A DNA stretch of 63,891 nt, filler included, from Lama guanicoe (GCA_013239625.1; 195 parts of 195 records of this genome joined end to end with filler, not necessarily neighbours in it), one strand, 5' to 3'; shown: positions 23,050 to 37,063, numbered from the whole stretch's first letter. The notes: generated by a model not told the origin, from the letters alone. Made by a program: numbers and translations.

Positions 23050-26000
23050 CTGGGTGGAGTGAAGGGAAGTGAGGCGAGCTGGGCCTTGCTGCCAGATGGT
23101 GGACGAGCCAGAGCTCCTAAGATCTGGGTCCTGTGGCCCTTTTCCAGCTCAAGGACCCAGGAACAGGTATCAATTTCCATGCTGATCNNNNNNNNNNNNN
23201 NNNNNNNNNNNNNNNNNNNNNNNNNNNNNNNTTAATTAATTAANNNNNNNNNNNNNNNNNNNNNNNNNNNNNNNNNNNNNNNNNNNNCCAAGAAAAGCCC
23301 ATGTTTCAGTTCAAGTCTGAAGGCAGAAAAAGACCAGTGCCTTCAGCTCAAAAACCACTGAATACCAATGGCTTGAGCTGAAAGACAGTCAGGCAAGAGA
23401 TGCTCTCACTTACTAATTGTAACCGCGGTCATTTTGTTCTCCTTAAGCCTTCAGCGGACTGGCTGAGGGCTGCCCACACTGGGGAGGTGATCTGCTCTGT
23501 GCAGTCTGCAGGTTCNNNNNNNNNNNNNNNNNNNNNNNNNNNNNNNNNNNNNNNNNNNNTTAATTAATTAANNNNNNNNNNNNNNNNNNNNNNNNNNNNN
23601 NNNNNNNNNNNNNNNTCTTTTTGAAATTCTGTTTTCAGTTCTTTTGAGGATTTATCCAGAGGTGAAATCCTGGGTCACATGGTAATTGTGTGTGTAATTT
23701 CTGAGGAATGGCCATGCTGTTTTCCTTAGCAGCTGCACCGTTTTACATTCATAACCCTTCTTATTTTCTGTCTTGTTTGTTTGTTTGTCTGCTATATATA
23801 TATATATTTTAAATAGTAACACTCTTATCCGTGGTTACAAATCNNNNNNNNNNNNNNNNNNNNNNNNNNNNNNNNNNNNNNNNNNNNTTAATTAATTAAN
23901 NNNNNNNNNNNNNNNNNNNNNNNNNNNNNNNNNNNNNNNNNNNTAGATGAATATTCTGGAGGAGTTACATCATATTGTCTTCAAACCACTGTACAGTTTT
24001 AGAACAAACCCCTCTGTCCTCACCTTCCTCAGGCAACTGCAGGCATCACAGCTGGAGAGGGAACTGTCCAGTGGGGCCAAGGTCTGAAATACTGACTGGC
24101 AAAGACAGGGGGCAGGGGGGGTCCACACTCCTGCAGCCTTAAAGAGAACAGTACCTTTAAGGGTCAAGATCNNNNNNNNNNNNNNNNNNNNNNNNNNNNN
24201 NNNNNNNNNNNNNNNTTAATTAATTAANNNNNNNNNNNNNNNNNNNNNNNNNNNNNNNNNNNNNNNNNNNNGTGTGCTCTGCACTCCAGCATTTTTTACC
24301 TAAGTAAACTCAAGGCAAAGTGACTGTAAAGGGGGAGCGTAAAGAGACTTCTGAAGGGCAGCGTGCAGCTTTGAGGAAATAGAGGGAAATAAGGTTGAGC
24401 TCAATTAGTCTTGGTTCTGAGCCACTACCTCATCACCTGTTGTTACCCCCGGACTGACTGCTGAGAACATTGTTTAGCTGTAACTGAATGTTAACATTAN
24501 NNNNNNNNNNNNNNNNNNNNNNNNNNNNNNNNNNNNNNNNNNNTTAATTAATTAANNNNNNNNNNNNNNNNNNNNNNNNNNNNNNNNNNNNNNNNNNNNC
24601 GTATAGTCAAGGCTGAACTTTCCATAGACGTTAACTTCTTGCAGACCTACTAGGTTTATCACCACTTCTCATGTGTGATCATTGCTCCGTAAGCATTTGT
24701 TGAATGAATGGGCAAACGTCACAACTGGTCTTACAAGCTAGCATCCTATACTTTGAGAAATAAGTCTGACTCTCTTTTGAAACTATGTCATGCACCATCT
24801 GAGGGTTATTGAAATACTCCCAAATCANNNNNNNNNNNNNNNNNNNNNNNNNNNNNNNNNNNNNNNNNNNNTTAATTAATTAANNNNNNNNNNNNNNNNN
24901 NNNNNNNNNNNNNNNNNNNNNNNNNNNATCATCAAAAGGACATTTGCTTGCTCCCTATGTTCAACCAGCTTCTTAATCACCATCATCAGCTGACTCTGCC
25001 CTAAACTGCTCTTTTCTCTGAGTCTCCTGCACGTAGTTCATCTTCTCACGACAGTGTTATCGCTCTTCCTGGGTTCACCGTGAGGTTTCACCACAGTTAA
25101 TAACAAAGCATTAAGGCCCTAAACTTTCTATCTGATGCTCTTCTTTGCTGTCAAANNNNNNNNNNNNNNNNNNNNNNNNNNNNNNNNNNNNNNNNNNNNT
25201 TAATTAATTAANNNNNNNNNNNNNNNNNNNNNNNNNNNNNNNNNNNNNNNNNNNNCGCTCTTCAAACCACAGGGCCACACTGCCTTCATGGGTTTTTCAG
25301 CTTGTTTCAGCCTGAGTTCAGAGTTACCAGTAGATGCAGGCCCAGCGCCTGTTCCCCCAGGTGTCTGCACCTGCTTCTAGCCCAGCAGAAGCTTCACGCT
25401 CTAAGTGTCTTCATATAGACAACTTTGGGGTGGTCCCAAGGGAAAGGATGTGTGGGCGATCCCTGCTGTGCCCTCAGGCTTGGNNNNNNNNNNNNNNNNN
25501 NNNNNNNNNNNNNNNNNNNNNNNNNNNTTAATTAATTAANNNNNNNNNNNNNNNNNNNNNNNNNNNNNNNNNNNNNNNNNNNNTGTGTGTCTGCCACATG
25601 AACTGAGCTGGTTTTCTTCCTGTTTAGTCTAATCTACTGTTGATTGCTTTGACCCCTGCCCAGTTGAGGGACAAAATGCTCTGGGTTGAGGGCTTTCTTA
25701 AGAGTGCCTATGTTCTCAGCACAAGGTTGTTTGAGCTAGGTAGACTTCAGGGTAGAAAAGTGCCCTAAATTGCTTCCTTAAAAAGTAAGTTTCATATCCT
25801 TGATGATTTTTNNNNNNNNNNNNNNNNNNNNNNNNNNNNNNNNNNNNNNNNNNNNTTAATTAATTAANNNNNNNNNNNNNNNNNNNNNNNNNNNNNNNNN
25901 NNNNNNNNNNNTAAACTTTTCAAGACTGTGGAAAAATTTTTAAAAAGAAGCCTTGCGTCTCCCTGAACGAGCTGACATTCAGGAATTACATACGGGAAGA

Positions 26001-26567
26001 GTGCCCCTTCCTAACGCCCAGCAGCGACCCGGATGGGCGCTCCAGTGACGGCGTGCTGCGGTAAACCTCCTCTGCCGGGTGGCCCAGCGTGGGTCGGCCT
26101 CAGGCTCTGCAGGCACAGGGAGACCTGGGGTCCCCTTCANNNNNNNNNNNNNNNNNNNNNNNNNNNNNNNNNNNNNNNNNNNNTTAATTAATTAANNNNN
26201 NNNNNNNNNNNNNNNNNNNNNNNNNNNNNNNNNNNNNNNATTTGTATATAATTTTAGGAACCCCAAAAAGACAAAACAAACTTGAAAAAAGAAAACCAAA
26301 GATAGAGCATTGTATTTTCAAATTTCATGTCAGTACAAGGCAATATAAAAATTATGATATTTTCATAAAAATGTAGATAAATGACAATCTGCAAGAAGCC
26401 CACACATAATCCCATTCACCTAGGATCAACACATTTTTGACAAGCGCAAATATTTAGGGTTTTTTTTNNNNNNNNNNNNNNNNNNNNNNNNNNNNNNNNN
26501 NNNNNNNNNNNTTAATTAATTAANNNNNNNNNNNNNNNNNNNNNNNNNNNNNNNNNNNNNNNNNNNN

Positions 26568-26795
26568 ATGTAGACAAATGGAATCGATGAAGATCCCAGA
26601 AATAAACCTTTACATATGTGGTTAAACGATTTTGATAAGGATCTCAAGATCATTCAATGGGGAAAGGACAGTCTTTTCACCAAATGCTGCTGATAAAACT
26701 TGCATAATCACATGCAGATCAATGATGTTGGACCCTTAACTAACAACATATAAAGAATTAACTCAAAATGTATGAAAGACCTAAATATAAGACCT
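26568..26795 (+). mobile_element. L1 ORF2 fragment
   Basis: cccagaaataaacc...attcaatggggaaaggacagtcttttcaccaaatg...aattaactcaaaatg. Confidence 0.88.
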
Positions 26796-27607
26796 NNNNN
26801 NNNNNNNNNNNNNNNNNNNNNNNNNNNNNNNNNNNNNNNTTAATTAATTAANNNNNNNNNNNNNNNNNNNNNNNNNNNNNNNNNNNNNNNNNNNNTTCAG
26901 GTGGCTGTGGAAGGAGGCCATGGCCTTGATGGCCTGTCCTGGGTCCCAGAGCCCCGAGCTTTGGTCCTGGGCTCCAACCCAGGACCCCTGCTGCAATGCT
27001 AGGCTGTAGAGCAAAGGGTTCACATCCACAGCTTTGGGATTTTTATCTGGGGTTTCCATTCTTATCCATGGGACCTTAGGGAAGATACTTGAATTTCTAA
27101 GCCTTAGTTTTGTCATCTGTGAANNNNNNNNNNNNNNNNNNNNNNNNNNNNNNNNNNNNNNNNNNNNTTAATTAATTAANNNNNNNNNNNNNNNNNNNNN
27201 NNNNNNNNNNNNNNNNNNNNNNNCAATTCCTTCTCAATTACTCTAAGACTTCTTCCTTTTCTCTCTTACATCAATGATTTTTCACTATACTATGTCCCGG
27301 TGGCACATAATTGCATTTGTTTTTCCCATTCCAGTTTCCATTCCATTTCTCTGCATACCTGTGCAGCAGAATTACTCATACTTCTTCCTCCTTCGTTCTG
27401 ACATATACTCCAATAAGATTTTTGCTTACAGAATTCCACTGAAATGACCCTNNNNNNNNNNNNNNNNNNNNNNNNNNNNNNNNNNNNNNNNNNNNTTAAT
27501 TAATTAANNNNNNNNNNNNNNNNNNNNNNNNNNNNNNNNNNNNNNNNNNNNCCTTTCCATGCCTGTGCAACCTCCAGGAAACCGGACAACTTCTGAGGTC
27601 GTGGGGA

Positions 27608-27779
27608 TCTAGGTTGGAATCCCAACTCCATCACTGAGTAGTTGCGTGACCTCAGGTTTAACCTCTCAGAGCCTCTTCTTCCTCCTCTGAGAAATGGAGC
27701 CAGTTCCTACTCTGCAGAAATCAGAGAGGAAGTGGAGGCAGGTGCCTTCCACAGAGCCTGGCTCACATCATGTACTCAT
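27608..27779 (+). mobile_element. MIR SINE fragment
   Basis: ggttggaatcccaactccatcact...gtgacctcagg..ttaacctctcagagcctc...ctgagaaatgg. Confidence 0.7.
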
Positions 27780-27929
27780 NNNNNNNNNNNNNNNNNNNNN
27801 NNNNNNNNNNNNNNNNNNNNNNNTTAATTAATTAANNNNNNNNNNNNNNNNNNNNNNNNNNNNNNNNNNNNNNNNNNNNAATCCAGCAATTTAAAAAGAT
27901 ACAAATTTTACACCAAACGCAAAAAAAAG

Positions 27930-28090
27930 TGAGAACAAATTGGACGACACAAAAATTAAAAACTTCATCAAAAAACACTATTAACAGAGTGAAAGGCATC
28001 CTATTGAATGAGAGCAAATATCTGCAAATCACATAACTGATAAGAGGTGAATATCCTCAATATATAAAGAACTCTTACAACTCAACAACA
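27930..28090 (+). mobile_element. L1 ORF2 fragment
   Basis: aacagagtgaaaggc...tgcaaatcacataactgataag...tatataaagaactcttacaactcaac. Confidence 0.82.
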
Positions 28091-28863
28091 TATGGCCAGA
28101 GAGCATANNNNNNNNNNNNNNNNNNNNNNNNNNNNNNNNNNNNNNNNNNNNTTAATTAATTAANNNNNNNNNNNNNNNNNNNNNNNNNNNNNNNNNNNNN
28201 NNNNNNNTATAGTTCTATAATAAGAAAAAAAAATTCTTTACAAGAGTTGTGAAACCCTGAGTTACAGCCTATGTGCGAAGGTCACAGAAACTCCCAATAC
28301 AACATCCTGGTTTATTTCTCCACAGGTGGAGAAGCTAACAGAAGAAAGACTTCAGCCCAGGGCAGAAGCCACAGCACATGCTGGTATGGCTTTTCCCTAG
28401 CCTGTTGGCTCTGTAACTTGGAAAACACTTTCCATNNNNNNNNNNNNNNNNNNNNNNNNNNNNNNNNNNNNNNNNNNNNTTAATTAATTAANNNNNNNNN
28501 NNNNNNNNNNNNNNNNNNNNNNNNNNNNNNNNNNNATAGAAATTTGATGTTTTTATCAAAAAATGATTAACAGAGACACTGGCACTAGAACTTGGGTGTG
28601 CGTTGTTCTATCATGTAACACATGCCTTTGCCTTTGGGACAGGGCACTGAGAAGTGAGGTAACCCTTGTAAAAATAAGGCAACGCAGTGCGGTGAAATTT
28701 GGTATCACTCACAGCAGTGATGACACACACTTGTGGCGCAAGGCAAGAATGTTTGGAAGCAAANNNNNNNNNNNNNNNNNNNNNNNNNNNNNNNNNNNNN
28801 NNNNNNNTTAATTAATTAANNNNNNNNNNNNNNNNNNNNNNNNNNNNNNNNNNNNNNNNNNNN

Positions 28864-29091
28864 GTCTCTCCACATGCTCAGTTCTGAGAGATAAATGTGT
28901 GTGAAAGCCATCTTTGAACTTGTTTCATGGAAACACAACGTTTCCTTTCCGTAACAAACCCCAGTGCATACATATATATGGGGAGGTACACGCTCCATCT
29001 TGGTTTTACTGTGAAAACCCCAGGAACTTACAACCGGTACTAGAAACAGACTTAGAAACCAGAGTAAGTGTTTCCCCTGCAACCCGTTCCC
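28864..29091 (+). repeat. ~245-250 bp satellite family copy
   Basis: Colinear with 16073-16300 and 37064-37291. Confidence 0.88.
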
Positions 29092-32000
29092 NNNNNNNNN
29101 NNNNNNNNNNNNNNNNNNNNNNNNNNNNNNNNNNNTTAATTAATTAANNNNNNNNNNNNNNNNNNNNNNNNNNNNNNNNNNNNNNNNNNNNGACACATGT
29201 ACATATTGTGAAATGGTCAATCACACAGTAAGCTTGGTTGTCTCCATCACCTCACATAATGACCAGAGCTCACACATTCTTTACAGCAGGACTCTTGCTC
29301 CCCTCCAAGCTGTCAGTGGCACTGAAGTCCTGGTGATTTTCCTTTCCATAGCTGTGATCCCAGTGCAAAGTGAGCTACTAGTACACTTTTATGATGCTAT
29401 TTCCGGTTTTAGTTAAGGCNNNNNNNNNNNNNNNNNNNNNNNNNNNNNNNNNNNNNNNNNNNNTTAATTAATTAANNNNNNNNNNNNNNNNNNNNNNNNN
29501 NNNNNNNNNNNNNNNNNNNTCTGAGGAAGTGTGCCAAACAACCCGTGAAGAAGCCTAAACCCAGCACCGCAGGGTGTGAAGAGGATGGAGGCGGGATGCT
29601 GGTTGCTCTGGCTCTCAGGGACTCGACTCTTGGCTGTTAACTCGTGAAGCTCCTATCATTGGGCTCCTCCAGTCACATCTCTTCCCGACTTTGTGCTTGG
29701 TGAGGTCAGGTGGGCAGCCTGCGATCAGCCGTGGGGGTGGGAGTGTTNNNNNNNNNNNNNNNNNNNNNNNNNNNNNNNNNNNNNNNNNNNNTTAATTAAT
29801 TAANNNNNNNNNNNNNNNNNNNNNNNNNNNNNNNNNNNNNNNNNNNNTCTGATGCTTGAGGCATCAGATACACTCATGATGGCGAAGGATCACAGGGCCA
29901 AGTTCCTTTTCTCCTATTTAAATTCAGTTTGCATTCTTTGATTTTTGTTACCTGTACTTCAGGTCACATTTTGGAAAATAATTCATCCCATACTTAATCC
30001 TACCACTAACTTTTTTTGAATACATTCTTTAAAGTATATGTATTTCTTTTTTTCATATCTACCACATCATTTTTTNNNNNNNNNNNNNNNNNNNNNNNNN
30101 NNNNNNNNNNNNNNNNNNNTTAATTAATTAANNNNNNNNNNNNNNNNNNNNNNNNNNNNNNNNNNNNNNNNNNNNTTAGAATATAGACATGCCCCCACTC
30201 CCCAAGTACTCCTGCAGAATACTTTGAGAATAATGGGGGATGAGCCATGACTTCAAATATAATACATGTGTCCAAATGTTTGGTTACTAAATAGCCTTTA
30301 TCCATAAACAGTGTTTGAAATGTTTTTTTCCTTTTAATTTTGCATGACTATGAAGCATGCCACAAAGACAATGCAAGTACAGGCATACCTTGGAAACACT
30401 GCANNNNNNNNNNNNNNNNNNNNNNNNNNNNNNNNNNNNNNNNNNNNTTAATTAATTAANNNNNNNNNNNNNNNNNNNNNNNNNNNNNNNNNNNNNNNNN
30501 NNNCAAAAACCCCTAAAACAAAACAAAACAAAGAACCCCCCGCAAAAAGCACTTTTGGCAAGATGGGGACTGGAGAGCCCCAGAAGAAAGGCAGGAAACA
30601 GCGGCTGATATAAGGGAAACCAGTTTTCCCAACAGGCATTTTGTTAATAACAACAACAATAATAAAAATAAAGCAAAGCAAAAAAAAAATATATATATAT
30701 ATAGGACCACCAAGCGCTTTCTTACCCTTCCNNNNNNNNNNNNNNNNNNNNNNNNNNNNNNNNNNNNNNNNNNNNTTAATTAATTAANNNNNNNNNNNNN
30801 NNNNNNNNNNNNNNNNNNNNNNNNNNNNNNNGCCCAGAGATGAGAAACATCTGAAGGTGGAGGAAAAAAGTTGGAGGTGGAGAACACAAAGTCTTTTCAC
30901 CTTTTGCTGCTGAAGAAATGATTGCTTTTGTAATTAGTGATGATGCCTTTTAAATTGGTGAGATCGAGATTCCACAGCTTCAGCGCCTGTGAAAAACCAG
31001 CTGGAGAAAACTCTCTAGGGCCCCTGCAGTGGGAAAGGCAGCCCCTCTGAGCACCTGTTNNNNNNNNNNNNNNNNNNNNNNNNNNNNNNNNNNNNNNNNN
31101 NNNTTAATTAATTAANNNNNNNNNNNNNNNNNNNNNNNNNNNNNNNNNNNNNNNNNNNNATAAGGCACAGAACGATCTCACCTGGGAAGATGCTGCATGC
31201 GGACTCGCAAGCAGGAAGGTGAGTTGGCAACTGTTAACAGTAGACAGAGCCCCTCTAAATGATTCCAAAAGGGTGCAAGGTTTTCTTTTCCTTTGATATG
31301 ATTTTAAACACCCATTTTGGTTACCCCTTCTCTATTCCGAAATCTACTTTCCCAATCATCTTGGTTGTTTCTTGTCTTCCTGGTAAANNNNNNNNNNNNN
31401 NNNNNNNNNNNNNNNNNNNNNNNNNNNNNNNTTAATTAATTAANNNNNNNNNNNNNNNNNNNNNNNNNNNNNNNNNNNNNNNNNNNNCGCACTGACAATG
31501 GTTCCGGAATCCTGAGCGTGGGGATGTTCCCCCAACAGTCGGCAGAGTGTGGGTTCTAACGAAATGCCTATGCTCGACTCCCCTGGGTTTTTTCTAATGT
31601 CTCTGTGCCATGGAATGCTAGGGGGGTTTGCAGGCTATCCCAGTTACAGAGGATGCCTCCCCATTATCAGGGAAGGTATTTCTCAGACTTCCCCATTCAG
31701 GGAACACCTGTGACTNNNNNNNNNNNNNNNNNNNNNNNNNNNNNNNNNNNNNNNNNNNNTTAATTAATTAANNNNNNNNNNNNNNNNNNNNNNNNNNNNN
31801 NNNNNNNNNNNNNNNTCAGTAGAGCAGCCAGAGTGATAACTGTTTTTGTTTTTTAAATCAGAGTACCAATCCCGCCCCACTTCCAACCATGTGGACATTC
31901 TACTATCATGTCTTATTTATTATTAAACATTTTAAAATTTAGATATAATTGATGTACAGTATTATATGTTTCAGGTGGATCATAGGCAACTCTATTTTTA

Positions 32001-32143
32001 GTTTTTAAAGAACCTCCATATTGTTTTTCATGGTGGCTGCAACNNNNNNNNNNNNNNNNNNNNNNNNNNNNNNNNNNNNNNNNNNNNTTAATTAATTAAN
32101 NNNNNNNNNNNNNNNNNNNNNNNNNNNNNNNNNNNNNNNNNNN

Positions 32144-32254
32144 GATCACCCACCACAGCAAACAGAATTTGTTTGAAAGTTCTGAAACATGGCGAGAATT
32201 ATCAAAATGTGATGCAGAGACACAAAGTGAGCAAATGCTGTCAGAAAAAAGGCA
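32144..32254 (+). mobile_element. Tigger1 3' region fragment
   Basis: gagaattatcaaaatgtgatgcagagacacaaagtgagcaaatgctgtcagaaaaaaggcac. Confidence 0.75.
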
Positions 32255-33455
32255 CCTGTATGTGGACCCCAAATCCGTGGACGCTCAAGTCCCTTACAGA
32301 AAAGGATGCAGCATCTGCGGGCTCAGCACCCAGACTCCACACACCATGGACGGGCCCCGCGGGTACCAGGGNNNNNNNNNNNNNNNNNNNNNNNNNNNNN
32401 NNNNNNNNNNNNNNNTTAATTAATTAANNNNNNNNNNNNNNNNNNNNNNNNNNNNNNNNNNNNNNNNNNNNGCGGCACGTGGCGGCTCCCTTCTGAGGCT
32501 GCTCTGCCCTGGCCAGCCCCGGCCCTGCTTTCTTCCTTTCTCGTTTTCCTTGTCTGCTCCTGCCCGAATCTGGACGGTGGCCGGGCCCCCCGCCACGTGC
32601 GCAGACCCCCCGCCGCCACTGCGAATGATGCCCAAGGCTTCAAAACCACTGCAGTCCTGTCCTGTCCGTGGCGCTGTGGGATCGGGCAAGCAACACCTTN
32701 NNNNNNNNNNNNNNNNNNNNNNNNNNNNNNNNNNNNNNNNNNNTTAATTAATTAANNNNNNNNNNNNNNNNNNNNNNNNNNNNNNNNNNNNNNNNNNNNG
32801 CTGGGCTGGTTTGCTGAGGAACAGCCATGGTGCTACGGGATGGAAACAGGATGGAAACAGGTGTCTGTCATCACATGAATGAAGACAACCTGGAATGGCC
32901 GTCAGAACACTACTGGCAAAGAAAACACAGACAGGTGGCTCCGACAAGAAAGGCAAACAGCCTGTGGCAACAGGACCCGCTAGACTGTGAAAGAAAGACC
33001 CTTTGGCCCCACTGGTTTAGCTGTGTCNNNNNNNNNNNNNNNNNNNNNNNNNNNNNNNNNNNNNNNNNNNNTTAATTAATTAANNNNNNNNNNNNNNNNN
33101 NNNNNNNNNNNNNNNNNNNNNNNNNNNTTGCTGCCTCAGACGTGACATCACATGCATTTTTAGTACCTTCATTCATGATTAGTCTGTTTGAATTGCCATT
33201 AAGTGTCTCAATCACAATTATCTTTTGCGGTTCTCATGGCGCAGATCTCTCCTCGCAGTTGCAGTGGCACTTCTGGTGCATTCTCTCTGGTTCCAGCGTG
33301 AAGCACTGAAGCATAAGCCACTTTGGCTGCTTTCCCACAAAGTCATGAATGTTTCNNNNNNNNNNNNNNNNNNNNNNNNNNNNNNNNNNNNNNNNNNNNT
33401 TAATTAATTAANNNNNNNNNNNNNNNNNNNNNNNNNNNNNNNNNNNNNNNNNNNN

Positions 33456-33683
33456 ATATCTGGTTTTCAACCAAAAAATTACAAAACAAGCTAACAGAAG
33501 AAAAAAAAAGTTCAAAGAGACAAAACAACCATCAGAAGCAGACTGATGGCAGGGATGTTGAAATTATCACACCAGGGATTTAAAATAACTATGATTAATA
33601 TGCTAAGGGCTCTCATGGAAAGAACGGACATCACACTAGAAGAGACGGTGATGCAAGGGGAGAGATGGGAACTCTAAGAAGGA
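33456..33683 (+). mobile_element. Old L1 ORF1 5' region fragment
   Basis: gggatgttgaaattatca...tttaaaataactatgattaatatgctaagggctct motif. Confidence 0.7.
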
Positions 33684-33783
33684 NNNNNNNNNNNNNNNNN
33701 NNNNNNNNNNNNNNNNNNNNNNNNNNNTTAATTAATTAANNNNNNNNNNNNNNNNNNNNNNNNNNNNNNNNNNNNNNNNNNNN

Positions 33784-34011
33784 ACAATGGAATACTACTC
33801 AGCCATAAATAATAATACAATAATGCCATTTGCAGCAACATGGTTAGATCTGGAGATTGCCATTCTATGTGATGTAGGCCAGAAAGAGAAAGAAAAATGC
33901 CATATGAAGTCACTTATATGTGAAATCTGGAGAAAAGACAGATGGACTTACTTACAAAATATAAACAGACTCACTGAAATAGAAAACAAACTGATGGGTA
34001 CCAAGAGGGGA
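33784..34011 (+). mobile_element. L1 ORF2 C-terminus and 3' UTR start
   Basis: MEYYSAINNNTIMPFAATWLDLEIAILCDVGQKEKEKCHM. Confidence 0.93.
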
Positions 34012-34111
34012 NNNNNNNNNNNNNNNNNNNNNNNNNNNNNNNNNNNNNNNNNNNNTTAATTAATTAANNNNNNNNNNNNNNNNNNNNNNNNNNNNNNNNN
34101 NNNNNNNNNNN

Positions 34112-34257
34112 GGTGAGGGAGGATGGGGAAGATGCGAGGGGACTACTAAGGTGTGCAAGTTTTCTTTTGCAGGTGATAAAAACGTTCCAAAGTTAATTGT
34201 GGTGATGGGTGCACAACTCTGTTTATGTTCTGAGAGCCACTGAGTTTTACACTTTAC
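34112..34257 (+). mobile_element. L1MB-type 3' end
   Basis: tttcttttgcaggtgataaaaacgttcc...tggtgatgggtgcacaactctg...ccactgagttttacacttt. Confidence 0.75.
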
Positions 34258-37063
34258 ACTCTCTGCTGGATTGAATTTCCTGCCCAAGAGAGGGTAGGGG
34301 AAGTGTCCATTCAGCCTACAATCATTTCTTTAATAACACNNNNNNNNNNNNNNNNNNNNNNNNNNNNNNNNNNNNNNNNNNNNTTAATTAATTAANNNNN
34401 NNNNNNNNNNNNNNNNNNNNNNNNNNNNNNNNNNNNNNNTTTCTACTCAAAAATTTCTTTTGTAAAATTCCAACTTTAAAAGACCCCAAAGAACCAATTA
34501 GATAAAAGTAACACCTTCCAATGCAGAAAGCAAGACATGGCAGAAGTTTAATCGTGTTAAAGTTCTGATAAGAATGTATCATTTAAAGAGAGGAAATTGA
34601 GAGGCTGAAAGACAAAATTGACACTAGCCTGTTAGCACTGTCCAGGAGAAAAGTGTTCTCTGGCCCANNNNNNNNNNNNNNNNNNNNNNNNNNNNNNNNN
34701 NNNNNNNNNNNTTAATTAATTAANNNNNNNNNNNNNNNNNNNNNNNNNNNNNNNNNNNNNNNNNNNNTCACAAAACAAGGAGAAAAATACTAAAATTTAT
34801 ACAAAAATATGAAATGAAAAAATTTTCTAAAATTATATTTGAAAGATGAACAAACTTGTGGGTATTATCCTCCCTAACTTTAGAACATACTACAAGGCTA
34901 CAATAATGAAAACATCAAAATATTGCACTAAAAGAAACACATACACCAATGGAACAAAATAAAGAGTCCTAAAATAAACCCACACGCATATGGTCNNNNN
35001 NNNNNNNNNNNNNNNNNNNNNNNNNNNNNNNNNNNNNNNTTAATTAATTAANNNNNNNNNNNNNNNNNNNNNNNNNNNNNNNNNNNNNNNNNNNNTAAGA
35101 CCTACTCCCTTAGTAACTTTCAGACGTTCAATTAGTACTGTTAATTATAGTTACCACGCTGTCCACGTAACATAGTGACATAGTGTCCCTTTTATACTGA
35201 CACTACATGCCCACAAACATCGACACCAGTGCAACAGGACCCCAAAGGCGATGTTCTTTCCACTACTTTCCTCCGTGATAGAATTTCAATAAGGGCTTAG
35301 AGTATCTCTGAAGATAAAATTCGNNNNNNNNNNNNNNNNNNNNNNNNNNNNNNNNNNNNNNNNNNNNTTAATTAATTAANNNNNNNNNNNNNNNNNNNNN
35401 NNNNNNNNNNNNNNNNNNNNNNNTGAGGGAAGGACAAATGGCAGCACCTTGAGCCAAGATCCTGGGGATAAGTCAGAAATACAGTGCCAAGTTCTGAAAT
35501 GATGGGCTCCTCTGATAAGAGGGGGTCTCCAGAGGTCACCTGTTTCTTCCCTTCCACATTCCAGGCTGGAGGGTCCTTGTCACCACTGTCCAGTCTAGCA
35601 GATTCTGCATCAAGAGAAAAAGATGGTTCCACACTCTTTCTAAACAGGCCANNNNNNNNNNNNNNNNNNNNNNNNNNNNNNNNNNNNNNNNNNNNTTAAT
35701 TAATTAANNNNNNNNNNNNNNNNNNNNNNNNNNNNNNNNNNNNNNNNNNNNTCTTTTACGCTCAGATCTTTTTGTTTGTTTATTTGTTTTGTTTTGTTTT
35801 ATTTTTTCATGCAAGAACTTATGCTTTTTGCAAATAGAGTGAGTTTGATTAGAAGCACGGTATGTACAGTTAAGATTTTAAAAGCATCTTACATTTTGCT
35901 CTAATGGCAATAAGATTGTGAACAAAGACTTGTCTAGGTCCCTGGCATTGTTGGAGGGTACCTCTGCAGAGCTGATGAGNNNNNNNNNNNNNNNNNNNNN
36001 NNNNNNNNNNNNNNNNNNNNNNNTTAATTAATTAANNNNNNNNNNNNNNNNNNNNNNNNNNNNNNNNNNNNNNNNNNNNATGCTCTTCTGTAGTACTGTG
36101 GAAAATAAAAAATCATTTAAAAATGTACATGAGTGTGACTAATGTAATAAGGCAAGACGACAAAAATTGCAATTGGTTGGCCCTAGAGTCTGATAAGATA
36201 AGGGAAGAGACAGAGATGACCTAATGGAAAAATAAAATTTAGTTTGTAAGCAGACTTTAGAGGAATTAGAGAAGATCCAGCCCTTGCTGAATAATATTCT
36301 CATCTTCNNNNNNNNNNNNNNNNNNNNNNNNNNNNNNNNNNNNNNNNNNNNTTAATTAATTAANNNNNNNNNNNNNNNNNNNNNNNNNNNNNNNNNNNNN
36401 NNNNNNNTCATCCTTGGGCCCCAGGGGAAGGAGTGTAACAGCATGTCACCACGCTCAGGTGACTCAGGTCCAGAGTGGGCAGGCAGGGTGTCCTGGTGGG
36501 AACGTGAACAAACATGCTTTGTTTACTGTGAGTGACCTGTGGTTTGTATTTGGTCTCCAGTCCTGCTCAGGCACAGGACAAAATTCCCAAGAAACCAAGA
36601 CCCATCATAGCTGATGATCACTTAATGTCGTCATANNNNNNNNNNNNNNNNNNNNNNNNNNNNNNNNNNNNNNNNNNNNTTAATTAATTAANNNNNNNNN
36701 NNNNNNNNNNNNNNNNNNNNNNNNNNNNNNNNNNNAAAAAATGTGAAAATACATTTTAAACTCATTACGTGTGCTGGCTGTAATTCATCCTGCAAGTCTA
36801 TAGGAAAATTCCTCTGCAGAAAAGCTACTGCGGGGAGGGGCGTGCTTGTGTTTCCCTCTCTGGCATTAAGGAAAAGTACAAAGGCTGCGAGAGGAGCCGG
36901 GCATGGTCCTGCCACTTCTCACACCCTTGTTTTTAAAATTTAGAAGCTGCAGCTAGACTCTGCNNNNNNNNNNNNNNNNNNNNNNNNNNNNNNNNNNNNN
37001 NNNNNNNTTAATTAATTAANNNNNNNNNNNNNNNNNNNNNNNNNNNNNNNNNNNNNNNNNNNN

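Noticed and set aside
28326..28383. Possible small exons with good splice signals (also 15937-15955, donor near 17153, minus-strand candidates in contigs 35424 and 41328)
   Set aside because: Splice-like motifs alone are common, and the peptides were not recognised.
30905..31055. Possible C/D box snoRNA (TGATGA ... CTGA)
   Set aside because: No convincing terminal stem or rRNA-antisense element; the motifs are short enough to be chance.
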